Shown: positions 38,065-49,970, counted from the stretch's first letter. The stretch is DNA of 64,000 bases from an uncultured Actinomycetes bacterium (GCA_963851295.1 CAWKOS010000003.1:42284-106283), one strand, 5' to 3'. Notes: generated by a model not told the origin, from the sequence alone. Numbers and translations: made by a program.

Positions 38065-41000
38065 CTACGGGACCTGCAGCGCCGCCGGGCCGAGGATCCG
38101 CCCCAGCTCGGCACGCAGGCTGGGCGTCTCGCTGACCCGGTAGCCCTCGCCGAGGCGCAGGGTCCGCGCGCCCGCCGTGGTCTCGATCGCGAGCACGACC
38201 TCGCACTCGCCGGCGTGGTTGCCGAAGACGTGCTTGAGCTCGTCGATGATCGTCGCTGGCAGCGCCGTGGCGTCGACGCGCACGGTCAGCGCCTGCGGCC
38301 CCTGTGGCTCGAGGGCGGCCGCCTCGCGGGCGGCCTCGACCTCCTCGGCGCTGGGCTTGAACGGGTCGACGGTCTGGGCGATGAGCGACGTGCCCTTGTC
38401 GCCGTGGTCGACGCGTCCGCGCACGAGCACGACCTCGTCGACCCCGAGCGCCCCCTCGTACTCCGCCAGCGCCTTGCCGAAGATCAGCACCTCGATCGAG
38501 CCCTCGAGGTCGTCGAGGGTGGCGAACATCATCGGGTCGCCCTTCTTGGTGCGGATCTTCTTGGCCTGGGTGATGATGCCGCCCGCCGTGACCCAGTCGC
38601 CGTCCTTGTGGTCGGGCAGCGAGGCCAGCGGGACGTCGACCGCCGCGCGCAGGGCCTCACGCACCTCCTTGAGCGGGTGCGCGGAGATGAAGAGGCCGAT
38701 CGCCTCCTTCTCGACCGCCAGCAACTCGGCCTGCTCGAACTCCTCCAGCGGGATCGGCGGATGCTGCGGCGCCATGAAGGGCGAGGCCGCCCCGTCGTCG
38801 CCGCCCCCGCCGAGGTCGCCCAGGTCGAAGATCGAGCCCTGGCCGATCTGGGCGTCGAGCTGGGCCTTCTGCCCCGCGGACTGAGCCTGCTCGAGCACGG
38901 CGAGCATGCCCTTGCGCGACGCGCCCGTCGAGCCGAACGCCCCGCACTTGATGAGCGCCTCGATCGCGCGCTTGTTGACCGCCCGCGGGTCGACGCGGGT
39001 GCAGAAGTCCCAGATCGACTGGAACTCCCCGCCCTCCCCGCGCGCGGCCTTGATCGCCTCGACCGCCGCGTAGCCGACGCCCTTGACCGCGTCCAGGCCG
39101 AAGCGGATGTTGCCGTCGACGACTACGAACTCGTGGTCGGAGAGGTTCACGTCAGGCGGCAGGATGTCGATGCCCATGCCCTCGGCCTTGGCGGCGAAGA
39201 ACGGAACCTTGTCCTTCGTGTCCATGACCGACGAGATCAGCGCCGCCATGTACTCGGCAGGGTAGTTGGCCTTCAGCCACGCCGTGCGGTAGGCGATCAG
39301 CGCGTAACACGCAGCGTGAGATTTGTTGAAGGAGTAGTCGGCCGATTTCTCGTTGGTGTCCCACAGCCAGTCGATGACGTTCTGCGGCACGCCGTTGGCG
39401 CGGCAGCCCTCGACGAACTCTGGCTTCAGGGCCGCCATCGCCTGGCGGTTCTTCTTGCCGATCGCCTTGCGCAGGTCGTCGGCCTTGGCCCCCGAGAAGC
39501 CGGCCAGCGTCTTGGAGATCTGCATGGCCTGCTCCTGGTACAAGATCACCCCGTACGTCGAGCCGATGATCGGCTCCAGGCGCTCGTCGGGCACCGTGAC
39601 CGCGTCGGGATTGCGCTTGCCGCGGGCGTAGGTCGGGATCTGGTCCATCGCACCCGGGCGATAGAGCGCGTTGAGCGCCACGAGGTCGTCGAACTCGGTC
39701 GTCTTGACCTGGCGCAGGGCGCTCTGCATGCCCTCGGACTCGAACTGGAACACGCCGACCGAGTCCCCGCGGGCCATCATCTCGTAGGTCTTGGCGTCGT
39801 CGAGCGGCAGGCTCGTCATGTCCGGGCGCTGGCCGCTGGAGCGCTCGATGATGTCCAGGGCGTCCTCGATCACGTCGAGGTTGCGCAGGCCCAGGAAGTC
39901 CATCTTCAGCAGGCCGAGCTCCTCGACCGGCTTCATGGAGAACTGGGTGACGAGCTTGTAGTCCTTCTCGCCGCCGTTGCCGTTCCCGTTGCCGTTGCCC
40001 CCACCGCCGGAGTCGGCGAGCTGCAGCGGGACGACGTCGGTCAGCGGCATCCCGGCGATGACGACCGCCGCCGCGTGGATCGACGCGTTGCGCACGATGC
40101 CCTCGAGGCCGCGCGCCACGTCGACGATCTGCTTGGCCGTCGCGTCGGTGTCGTAGGCGCCGCGCAGCGGCTCGCCGGGGCGCAGGCAGCGCTCGAAGGT
40201 CGGCGCGCGTCCCTGCTCCGGATCGGGGATGAGCTTGGCCAGGCGGTCGCCGACACCGTAGTCGTGGCCGAGCACACGGGCGGCGTCGCGGGTGGCCGCG
40301 CGCGGGAACATCTTGCCGAAGGTGATGATCTGCGCCACCGACTCGCGGCCGTACTTGGCGACGACGTACTGCATGACGCGCTCGCGCCCGCGCACCGAGA
40401 AGTCGATGTCGATATCGGGCATCGACACGCGCTCGGGGTTCAGGAAGCGCTCGAAGAGCAGGTCGTAGCGCAGCGGGTCGAGGTCGGTGATGCGCAGCGT
40501 GTAGGCCACGATCGAGCCGGCCGCGCTCCCGCGCCCCGGGCCGACGACGATGCCGTTGTCCTTCGCCCACTTCACGAAGTCCCAGACGATGAGGAAGTAG
40601 GCGTTGAAGCCCATCCGGTCGATGACCGCGAGCTCCATGTCCGCGCGCTCCAGCGCATCGGCCGGGATCGGATCGCCGTAGCGCGCGCGCAGCCCTTCGG
40701 TCACGCGCTCGCGCAGGTAGGCCTTCTCGTCCTCGCCCTCCGGCAGGTAGCGCGGGATGAGCTGGCGCCCGAGCTCGATCGTCACGTCAGAGCGCTCGGC
40801 GATCTCGAGCGTCGAGGCGATCGCCTCCGGCCACTCGGCGAACGCCTCGATCATCTCCTCGCTGGAGCGCAGGAAGAACTCGTTCGTCTCGAAGGTCATC
40901 TTCGGCGCCGCGAGCGTGGACTTCGTCTGCACGCACAGCAGCGCCGTGTGGTGGTGGTAGTCCTCGCGGCGCAGGTAGTGCACGTCGCCGGTGCCGACCA

Positions 41001-41604
41001 GCGGCCGCCCGACCTCGCGCGCGATGCGCACGATCCCCGCGTTGGCCTTCTCCTGGTCGGCGATGCCGTTCTTCTGGACCTCGAAGTAGACGTTGTCGGC
41101 CCCGAAGACCTGCAGCAGGTCGTCGGCGTGCGCGCGTGCCTCGCCGTCGCGGCCGTCGACCAGGCGCTGGCAGAAGCGCGAGGCCAGGCAGCCGGTGAGC
41201 GCGATGATCCCCTCGCTGCGGGCCGCGATCTGGGCCATGTCGAGGTTGGGCTTGCCGCGGTGCAGACCCTCGAGAAAGCCCTCCGAGGAGAGCTTGACCA
41301 GGTTGCGATAGCCGACGTCGGTGGACGCCAGCAGCGTCAGGTGGTTGCGCTCGACGCGCCCCGGAGAGCGGTTCGTGTGGTCGTCGACGAGGTAGATCTC
41401 GCAGCCCAGGATCGGCTTGATCGAGTGCTTGCGGCACGCCTTGTAGAGCTCGACCGCGCCGTTCATGACGCCGTGATCGGTGAGCCCCAGCGCCGGCTGG
41501 CCGAACTCCGCCGCGCGGGCCGCCAGGGCGTCGATGTTGCACGCGCCGTCGAGCAGCGAGTACTCGGAATGGACGTGGAGGTGGGCGCAGCCGGGAGAGC
41601 TCAC
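38065..41604 (-). CDS. dnaE: DNA polymerase III alpha subunit
   Basis: PHP domain (HLHVHSEYSLLDG), polymerase core (MPDIDIDF, LLKMDFLGL), OB fold. 1179 aa, uninterrupted. Confidence 0.97.
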   Translation of the reverse strand: MSSPGCAHLHVHSEYSLLDGACNIDALAARAAEFGQPALGLTDHGVMNGAVELYKACRKHSIKPILGCEIYLVDDHTNRSPGRVERNHLTLLASTDVGYRNLVKLSSEGFLEGLHRGKPNLDMAQIAARSEGIIALTGCLASRFCQRLVDGRDGEARAHADDLLQVFGADNVYFEVQKNGIADQEKANAGIVRIAREVGRPLVGTGDVHYLRREDYHHHTALLCVQTKSTLAAPKMTFETNEFFLRSSEEMIEAFAEWPEAIASTLEIAERSDVTIELGRQLIPRYLPEGEDEKAYLRERVTEGLRARYGDPIPADALERADMELAVIDRMGFNAYFLIVWDFVKWAKDNGIVVGPGRGSAAGSIVAYTLRITDLDPLRYDLLFERFLNPERVSMPDIDIDFSVRGRERVMQYVVAKYGRESVAQIITFGKMFPRAATRDAARVLGHDYGVGDRLAKLIPDPEQGRAPTFERCLRPGEPLRGAYDTDATAKQIVDVARGLEGIVRNASIHAAAVVIAGMPLTDVVPLQLADSGGGGNGNGNGNGGEKDYKLVTQFSMKPVEELGLLKMDFLGLRNLDVIEDALDIIERSSGQRPDMTSLPLDDAKTYEMMARGDSVGVFQFESEGMQSALRQVKTTEFDDLVALNALYRPGAMDQIPTYARGKRNPDAVTVPDERLEPIIGSTYGVILYQEQAMQISKTLAGFSGAKADDLRKAIGKKNRQAMAALKPEFVEGCRANGVPQNVIDWLWDTNEKSADYSFNKSHAACYALIAYRTAWLKANYPAEYMAALISSVMDTKDKVPFFAAKAEGMGIDILPPDVNLSDHEFVVVDGNIRFGLDAVKGVGYAAVEAIKAARGEGGEFQSIWDFCTRVDPRAVNKRAIEALIKCGAFGSTGASRKGMLAVLEQAQSAGQKAQLDAQIGQGSIFDLGDLGGGGDDGAASPFMAPQHPPIPLEEFEQAELLAVEKEAIGLFISAHPLKEVREALRAAVDVPLASLPDHKDGDWVTAGGIITQAKKIRTKKGDPMMFATLDDLEGSIEVLIFGKALAEYEGALGVDEVVLVRGRVDHGDKGTSLIAQTVDPFKPSAEEVEAAREAAALEPQGPQALTVRVDATALPATIIDELKHVFGNHAGECEVVLAIETTAGARTLRLGEGYRVSETPSLRAELGRILGPAALQVP

Positions 41605-41679
41605 GGGGTCATCGAGGATAGGCGCCGGATCGGATGGCGGCCGTCTGCCGCGGACGACGTGCCCGCACGTTGCGGGCGT

Positions 41680-42426
41680 TCAGTCGACGGCCACGCCGAG
41701 GCGCTCGGCGAGCGCCGCGCGGCCCTCGCCGCTGACCCGCACGGCGCGCGTGCGCGGCAGCCGGGCGACCCAGCCGAGATCGAACAGGCGGGTCGCCACC
41801 GCGGCCCCGAGCGCCCCGGAGAGATGGTGGGCCTGCTCGCTCCAGTCCACGCAGTAGCGGATCGGCGCGCGCGGGCCGGCGAGCGCCCCGTCGACGTCGA
41901 CGCCCAGGTCGCGCAGCCTACGCGCCCCGCCGTCGGTGAGGCGGTAGTCGAGGTCGCGGCCGATGGCCGACGGGCGGTCGGCGCGGGCGCGCTGCGCGAC
42001 ATGGAGCCCGTCGCCGCCCTCGAGCACGCCGCCGTCGAGCAGTCCGGCCATGAGCGCGACGCCGAGCCGGCCGGCGAGGTGGTCGTAGCACGTGCGCGCG
42101 GCGCGGACGGCCTGCGCGCGGGTGCCCTCGCGCAGCGAGCGCACCGGGGCCGGAGGGGCGATGCGGGCGAGCGCCTCGAGTGCCCTTCCGACGTCGGCTC
42201 CGGCGAGGCGGAAGTAGCGGTGGCGGCCGTGGCGCTCGGCGACGACGAGACCGCCCTCGGCGAGCTTGCGCAGGTGGACGCTCGCCGTGGACGGCGCGAC
42301 CCCGGCCTCGTCGGCGAGCACGCTCGCGGGCAGCTCGCGCCCGTCGGAGAGCGCCTGGAGGACGCGGGCGCGGCCCGGGTCGCCGATGAGGGCGCCCACC
42401 CTGGCGAGGTCGGTGTCGCCTTGCAT
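41680..42426 (-). CDS. ArsR-family transcriptional regulator with a C-terminal extension
   Basis: LIGDPGRARVLQALSDGRELPASVLADEAGVAPSTASVHLRKLAEGGLV winged HTH. The internal ATG at 42426 was chosen. Confidence 0.7.
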   Translation of the reverse strand: MQGDTDLARVGALIGDPGRARVLQALSDGRELPASVLADEAGVAPSTASVHLRKLAEGGLVVAERHGRHRYFRLAGADVGRALEALARIAPPAPVRSLREGTRAQAVRAARTCYDHLAGRLGVALMAGLLDGGVLEGGDGLHVAQRARADRPSAIGRDLDYRLTDGGARRLRDLGVDVDGALAGPRAPIRYCVDWSEQAHHLSGALGAAVATRLFDLGWVARLPRTRAVRVSGEGRAALAERLGVAVD

Positions 42427-42525
42427 GAGGCCGAGGGTACCGCCGCCACATTTCGTCGCGAGACGAAGTCTCCCGGGCCGCGTCGGTCGCCGGCTCTGGG
42501 TGGGGGTTCTTGCGATCATGCGAGC

Positions 42526-43365
42526 ATGCCACCGCTCAGCGCGAAGGAGCGTGCGCAGCTTCCCGACAGCGCCTTTGGATATATCGATTCGGGTGGCCGA
42601 CGTCGTCTGCCGATTCACGACGCGGCTCATGTCCGCAATGCCCTCGCACGGTTCAGCCAGGTGGCGTTCGAGGACGAGGGCGCCCGGGACCGCGCACGCA
42701 GCCGCCTGCTGAGGGCGGCCATGAAGCACGGGATCATGCCCGTCGGCTTCGTCAGCGCGCAGCTGCAACCGCAGCGCAAGCTGCCGAAAGGCCACATCAC
42801 GTTCCTGCTGGCCGACCTCGAAGGCTCAACCGGGCTGCTCAGGCGCCTTGACGATCGATACGCCGCCCTGCTCGCAGATGTCCGCCGCCTCGTGCGCGCC
42901 GCGGTGCGGTCGGCAGGGGGTCACGAGGCATCCGCCCGCGGTGACGACGTCTTCGCGGTCTTCGAACGCGCCCCGGCAGCGCTCGAGGCCGCGCTGGCGA
43001 TCCAGCGGGCCATGGACGCCGCCGCCTGGCCCGACGGGAACGACGTGCGGCTGCGAATCGGGATGCATCGGGGGCGTCCCGCGCTCACCGATACCGGCTA
43101 CGTCGGCCTCTCGGTCCACGCCGCAGCACGCATCTGCTTCGCGGCGCACGGGCGGCAGGTCGTCATGTCCTCTGCGGTACGCGCGGCGGTCATCGAGTCG
43201 CTCCCTGAGGGGGTCAGCCTCAGGAGCCTCGGCGCCTGGCGATTCCGCGGCCTGCCCGAGCCGGTCGATCTGTTCCAAGTGGACGCGGCCGACCTGCCTA
43301 CCGACTTCCCGCCACCGCGATCGGCGACCCCCGCCGACCAGCCTTCCGCGCGCGGGGCGCTCTGA
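42526..43365 (+). CDS. Class III adenylate/guanylate cyclase domain protein with a small N-terminal domain of unknown function
   Basis: ITFLLADLEGST, GDDVFAVF and RIGMHRG...GLSVHAAARI follow the cyclase-homology-domain pattern. The N-terminus carries LPDSAF...LPIHDAAHVRNALARF. Confidence 0.7.
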   Translation: MPPLSAKERAQLPDSAFGYIDSGGRRRLPIHDAAHVRNALARFSQVAFEDEGARDRARSRLLRAAMKHGIMPVGFVSAQLQPQRKLPKGHITFLLADLEGSTGLLRRLDDRYAALLADVRRLVRAAVRSAGGHEASARGDDVFAVFERAPAALEAALAIQRAMDAAAWPDGNDVRLRIGMHRGRPALTDTGYVGLSVHAAARICFAAHGRQVVMSSAVRAAVIESLPEGVSLRSLGAWRFRGLPEPVDLFQVDAADLPTDFPPPRSATPADQPSARGAL

Positions 43366-43440
43366 TCGTCGAGCCGCTCGGACTACGTGAAGGCCGGCAG
43401 CCAGCGCCGCCGGCGCCTCCAGGCGCTCCAGCGCCGCCGT

Positions 43441-44211
43441 CTAACGCCCACGCAGGAACGCCCCGAGGCGCTTGAAGGCCGACGGGCGCGGGAGCTCGTC
43501 GACGACGACGACGTCGTGGCGCAGGCGGTCGGCGGCGCGGCCGAGGTCGAGGATGAGGCCGTCGGCGGTGGCGACGGTCGTGGCCTGCGCCGGGCGCAGG
43601 CGGTCGCGGGCGGCGGTGAGCGCCTCGAGCTCGGCGCGGCGGGCGACCTGGGCGGCGGCCTCCGCGGAGACGGCGCGGTCGCGCGCCGAGCGCAGGGCCT
43701 CGAGCTCGCTGCGCAGCGCGGTCTCGGCGTGGGCGGCGCGCTCGCGCTCGGCGGCCAGCATCGCCTCGATCTCCTCGACGCGCTTGCGCTCGAGCCCCAG
43801 CGCGGCCTCGGCCTGGGCGCGCGCGGTCGCGTGGCGCTCGACCTCCTCGCGCGCGGTGCGCGCGGTGACCGCCAGCTCGCCGGCGAGCTTGGCGAGGGCC
43901 GCGTCGCGGGCGTCGCGGGCGTCGGCGCGGACGCGCAGCTCCTCGACCTGGCCGCGCAGTGCCGCGACAGCCGTGAGCGCGGTGGTCTCGGCGGCGAGCC
44001 GCCCGGCGAGCTCCTCGCGGACCGTCAGCGCGTCGGACGCCGAACTGGTCGCCGCCTCGCGGGCGGCGTCGCGCTCGGCGACGACCTCGTCGAGCTGGGT
44101 GCGCAGCGCATCGAGCTCGGACTCGGCGTCAAGGAGCTTGCGCGCGGCGGCACGCGGGCGCAGGTCGACGACGCGCGCCTCGTGGTCCTCGGGCGGGAAG
44201 GCGGGCTCCAT
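43441..44211 (-). CDS. Ala/Arg/Glu-rich coiled-coil protein
   Basis: Long heptad-like A/E/R/L composition. GC3-rich frame. Confidence 0.5.
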   Translation of the reverse strand: MEPAFPPEDHEARVVDLRPRAAARKLLDAESELDALRTQLDEVVAERDAAREAATSSASDALTVREELAGRLAAETTALTAVAALRGQVEELRVRADARDARDAALAKLAGELAVTARTAREEVERHATARAQAEAALGLERKRVEEIEAMLAAERERAAHAETALRSELEALRSARDRAVSAEAAAQVARRAELEALTAARDRLRPAQATTVATADGLILDLGRAADRLRHDVVVVDELPRPSAFKRLGAFLRGR

Positions 44212-44269
44212 CGCGGTGGCACGCTAGTTCGCGCACCGGACGGCTTGGGTCGAGGGCCCGCGCGTGTCG

Positions 44270-44431
44270 TCAGGCGGCTAGCTGCCGTCGCGCCGGGCGC
44301 CCAACGGCCACGGCGGTGGCGGTCGCGAGCGCGACCCCGCCGCCGAGCATGAGCTTGCCGGTCGGCAGCTTGCGCGAGGCGTACCACTTCGCGCCCTTCC
44401 AGACTGCGAATCCAAGTGCTTTGTAGAGCAT
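44270..44431 (-). CDS. Possible small membrane protein (53 aa)
   Basis: Hand translation gives MLYKALGFAVWKGAKWYASRKLPTGKLMLGGGVALATATAVAVGRPARRQLAA. It starts 10 nt after the argG stop. The first codons are GC3-poor. Confidence 0.3.
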   Translation of the reverse strand: MLYKALGFAVWKGAKWYASRKLPTGKLMLGGGVALATATAVAVGRPARRQLAA

Positions 44432-44441
44432 CGATGTTGCG

Positions 44442-45713
44442 TTACCCCGAGTCGCGCGTGCGCAAGCGGTGCGCCATGCGCGACTGCAGGGACCACAGCT
44501 CGATGAACCCCGGCGACGCCTGCTGGGAGAACAGCCCGCCGCTCGTCTCGAAGGTGGCCAGGGCGGCGTCGTAGACCGCGTTGGGCGACTCGCGCGTGAC
44601 CACGCGCGCCGAGCCCTTGTAGAGCTTCATGCCGATCGTGCCCGTCACCTGGGCGTTGACGGACTCCATGTAGGCGTCGAGGTCGGAGCGCAGCGGCTCC
44701 CACCACAGCCCCGCGTAGACGAGGTAGGCCCACTTGCGGTCGAGCTCGCCCTTGAACTGGTTCTGGTGGATGGTGCCGACGAGCCGCTCGAGCTCGGCGT
44801 GCGCGGGCAGCAGGATGGCGGCGGCCGGGACCTCGTAGATGTCGCGCACCTTCAGGCCGACGATCCGGTCCTCGATGTGGTCGACGATGCCGACGCCGTG
44901 GCGGATGCCGATCTCGGCGGCGCGCTCGAGCAGCTCGACGATCGCCAGACGCTCGCCGTTCAGCGCCACCGGGACGCCGCGCTCGAACTCGACGCGCACG
45001 ATCTCCGGCTCGTCGGGCGCCTCCTCCGGGCGCGTGACGAGCTGGAAGACGTCGTCGTCGGGCGCGTGGTCGAGCTCCTCGATCCAGCGGCCCTCGGAGG
45101 AGCGTCCCCAGAGGTTGTCGTCGATCGAATAGGGCGTGTGCTCGGCGCCGCCCTTGATCGGGATGCCGTGCTCGCGCGCGTAGGCGATCTCCTCCTCGCG
45201 CCCCATCTGCCAGCCCCGCACGGGCGCGATCACCTTCAGCTCGGGCGCGAGCGTCGCGACCGTCGCCTCGATGCGGACCTGGTCGTTGCCCTTGCCCGTG
45301 CAGCCGTGGGCGATGGTGTCGCAGCCGTGCTTGCGCGCGTAGTCGACCGCGAGCTTGGCGATGAGCGGGCGCCCGAGCGCCGTGAAGAGCGGGTAGGCGA
45401 GGCCATAGATCGCGTTGGCCTTGATCGCCGGCACGACGAAGTCGGTGGCGAACTCCTCGCGCGCGTCGACGACCTCGGCCGCGACCGCGCCGAGCTGCAG
45501 CGCCTTGCCCTGCACGACGTCGTAGTCCTCGCCCGGCTGGCCGAGGTTGACGGTGAGCGCCACGACCTCCGCCTCGTACTCGTCCTGGATCCACTTGAGC
45601 ATCACGCTCGTGTCCAGGCCGCCGGAGTAGAGCAGCAGGACGCGGTGGACCTCGCCGGGCTCGGCCAGGTAGGAGGCGGTACGGGTGTGCGGCGTGCGGG
45701 TCTGCTCGGCCAT
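44442..45713 (-). CDS. argG: Argininosuccinate synthase
   Basis: LLYSGGLDTS, AHGCTGKGNDQVR, and SIDDNLWGRS-type motifs. Confidence 0.95.
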   Translation of the reverse strand: MAEQTRTPHTRTASYLAEPGEVHRVLLLYSGGLDTSVMLKWIQDEYEAEVVALTVNLGQPGEDYDVVQGKALQLGAVAAEVVDAREEFATDFVVPAIKANAIYGLAYPLFTALGRPLIAKLAVDYARKHGCDTIAHGCTGKGNDQVRIEATVATLAPELKVIAPVRGWQMGREEEIAYAREHGIPIKGGAEHTPYSIDDNLWGRSSEGRWIEELDHAPDDDVFQLVTRPEEAPDEPEIVRVEFERGVPVALNGERLAIVELLERAAEIGIRHGVGIVDHIEDRIVGLKVRDIYEVPAAAILLPAHAELERLVGTIHQNQFKGELDRKWAYLVYAGLWWEPLRSDLDAYMESVNAQVTGTIGMKLYKGSARVVTRESPNAVYDAALATFETSGGLFSQQASPGFIELWSLQSRMAHRLRTRDSG

Positions 45714-45900
45714 GGGGGGCGGAATCTATCCGCCGAGGGCGCCGAGCAGGTCGGCGACGAGGTGCCCTCCGTTCGGCCATCCCGCCATCGTCGGCCCTCC
45801 GCCTGCGTCCAAACAACACGCGTTCGTGCCGACTCCGCGCCAACACGACGCCAACCCGCTGCTGAGGGTCGGCTGACGGTCGGCGCCGACCCTCGCTGCC

Positions 45901-46095
45901 ATGAACCACGAGAAGAGCAGCGCCGAACCCCCCAACGGACTGGAGGCCGAGCTCGACGTCCGCAAGGCCGGGCGCGAGGCCGGCTCGCACGCCGAAGGCC
46001 TCGCCGACCGCCTCGCGGAGGTCGACCTGCACCAGCGCGAGGCCCGCTACCTGCTCGAGCGCGCGGGGATGCTCGAGCGCCGACGAGGCACGTAG
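45901..46095 (+). CDS. Hypothetical small protein (64 aa)
   Basis: GC3-rich ATG ORF preceded by a 10-bp hairpin (gagggtcggc...gccgaccctc). Confidence 0.4.
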   Translation: MNHEKSSAEPPNGLEAELDVRKAGREAGSHAEGLADRLAEVDLHQREARYLLERAGMLERRRGT

Positions 46096-46181
46096 GGACG
46101 TCCGCACGCCGACGGCCGCGGTTGACCGGCGCCCCGGTTGGCTACGCTTCCGTATGAGACTCCCGAACACGAGGAGAGGGG

Positions 46182-48135
46182 GTGATCGGATTGCGAAAGA
46201 ACCGCGGTCGGCTGACCGAACCGCTGGTGCGCGAGAACGGCGCGCTTCGCCCAGCGAGCTGGGACGAGGCACTGGACTTCGCCGCGGCCGGGCTGGCACG
46301 AGCCCGCGCCACGGACACGACGCGCTCCTTCGGCATGTTCAGCTGCTCCAAGGCATCGAACGAGGTGAACTTCCTGGCTCAGAAGTTCGTGCGCTCGGTG
46401 ATGGGGTCGAACAACATCGACTCGTGCAACCGCACTTGACACGCCCCCAGCGTCGTCGGTCTGGCGACGGTGTTCGGCGCGGGCGGCGGCACGTCGTCCT
46501 ATAAGGAGGTCGAGGAGACGGATCTGCTGATCCTGTGGGGCTCGAACGCCCGCGAGACGCATCCGATCTTCTTCCACCACGTCCTCAAGGCCGTGCACAA
46601 CGGGGCGCGGCTGTTCGTCGTGGACCCGCGGCGCACGAGCTCGGCGCAGTGGGCCGACACCTGGATGGGGCTCGACGTCGGCACCGACATCGCCCTCTCC
46701 AACACGATCGCCCGCGAGATCATCCACGCGGGCCTCGCCAACGAGCGCTTCATCGAGCGCTCCACGACCGGCTTCGACGAGTACCGCCAGTCGGTCGAGC
46801 CGTGGACGCTCGAGGAGGGCGAGCGCGTCACCGGCGTCCCGGCGCAGGTCATCCGCGAGCTCGCCCACGCCTACGCGCGCGCCGACCGGGCGATCCTGTG
46901 CTGGACGCTCGGGATCACCGAGCACGTCACGGCCGTCGACAACGTCCTGTCGCTCATCAACCTCGCGCTGCTCGCGGGCCACGTCGGGCGCTACGGCTCG
47001 GGCCTGAACCCGCTGCGCGGCCAGAACAACGTCCAGGGCGGCGGCGACATGGGCGCCATCCCCAACAAGCTGCCGGGCTTCCAGGACATCGAGAGCGACG
47101 ACGCGGCGCGGGCGCGCTTCGAGCAGGCGTGGGGCTGCGAGAATCGTGCCCCACTACGGCTGGCACCTCTCGCAGATGTTCGACGGGATGGAGCGCGGCG
47201 AGCTCAACACGCTCTACGTGCTGGGCGAGAACCCGGCGCAGTCCGAGGCCGACTCCAAGCGCGCGCTCGCGCTGCTCGAGGGCCTGGACTTCATGATCGC
47301 CCAGGACATCATCATGACCAAGACGTGCGAGATGGCCGACGTCGTCTTCCCGTCGACCGCGTCGTGGTGCGAGTCCGCGGGCGGCACCGTCACCAACTCC
47401 GAGCGTCGCGTGCAGCTCATGCGCAAGGCGGTCGACCCGCCCGGCCAGGCCCGCGACGACCAGTGGATCATCTGCGAGCTCGCCCGTCGCCTGGGCCACG
47501 ACTGGGGCCAGCCGACCCCGGAGCAGGCGTGGGACGAGCTGCGCTCGCTGAGCCCGATGCACGGCGGCATGAGCTACCCGCGCCTGCAGGAGCTCGGCGG
47601 CATCCAGTGGCCCTGCCCCGACGAGGACCACCCGGGCTCGGAGTTCCTCCACGGCCGGCTGTGGGACGAGCCCGTCGGCGGCCCGCTCGCGCCCTTCTCG
47701 GTGACGAAGTGGGTGCCGCCGATCGACGAGCTCGACGACGACTTCCCGATCCGCCTCACGACCGGCCGGCGCCTGGACTCCTACAACACCGGCGTGCAGT
47801 CGGCGCTCTACAGCTCGCCGCTGCGCCGCGGCGAGACGCTCGACCTCTGCGCCCAGGACGCCGCCAGCCTCGACGTCGAGCCCGGCGAGATCGTGCGCAT
47901 CACGTCGCGGCGCGGCTCGATCGAGGCGCCCGTGCGCCTGGACCCCGGCCTGCGCCCGGGCCTGGCTTTCATGACCATGCACTTCCCCGACGACATCGAC
48001 GTCAACGTCCTCACCATCGATGCGACCGACCCAAGGTCCGGCACCGCGGAGTTCAAGGCCACGGCCATCCGGGTGGAGAAGGTCCGCGAGCGTCAGACTG
48101 CAGGCGTGACCAGCAGCGAGGCCGGAGGCAAGTAG
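46182..48135 (+). pseudogene. fdhA: Formate dehydrogenase catalytic (molybdopterin, MopB) subunit with in-frame UGA (Sec) at 46437-46439; frame also broken by one extra base near 47142
   Basis: GTG start preceded by GAGGAGAGGGG. SWDEAL..., [20 protein letters not shown] matches the Cys/Sec ligand motif of FdhF/FdsA. The downstream ORF is in frame with the UGA. Removing one A from gagAAtcgtg joins ...AWGCE to [13 protein letters not shown]... The C-terminal ADC-like barrel is present. Confidence 0.85.
46451..46469 (+). promoter_or_regulatory. SECIS-like hairpin (selenocysteine insertion element)
   Basis: The 7-bp stem cgucguc/ggcgacg and apical loop GGUCU begin 11 nt after the UGA. The loop resembles the GGUC-containing apical loop of E. 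coli fdhF SECIS. Confidence 0.7.
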
Positions 48136-48137
48136 CG

Positions 48138-49966
<1,829 letters not shown>

Positions 49967-49970
<4 letters not shown>

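Noticed and set aside
37761-38114. A 117-aa minus-strand ORF spanning the nfo-dnaE spacer
   Set aside because: Its codon usage is AT-rich at third positions, unlike every confident gene here. It overlaps the ends of both nfo and dnaE.
38050-42525. The first roughly 4.5 kb of the 1771-aa plus-strand ORF
   Set aside because: It is antisense to an intact dnaE and to the ArsR gene. Only its last 840 nt (42526-43365, the cyclase) look like real coding sequence.
46122-46148. Possible sigma-70-like promoter TTGACC-N15-TACGCT upstream of fdhA
   Set aside because: The spacer is short and the -10 is weak. Promoter consensus in this lineage is unknown to me, so it is too speculative to list as a feature.
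46437-46439. TGA read as an ordinary stop that would split fdhA into an 85-aa peptide plus a downstream ORF
   Set aside because: The codon falls exactly at the conserved Cys/Sec Mo-ligand position. The frame continues open, and a SECIS-like hairpin follows at the canonical 11-nt spacing.
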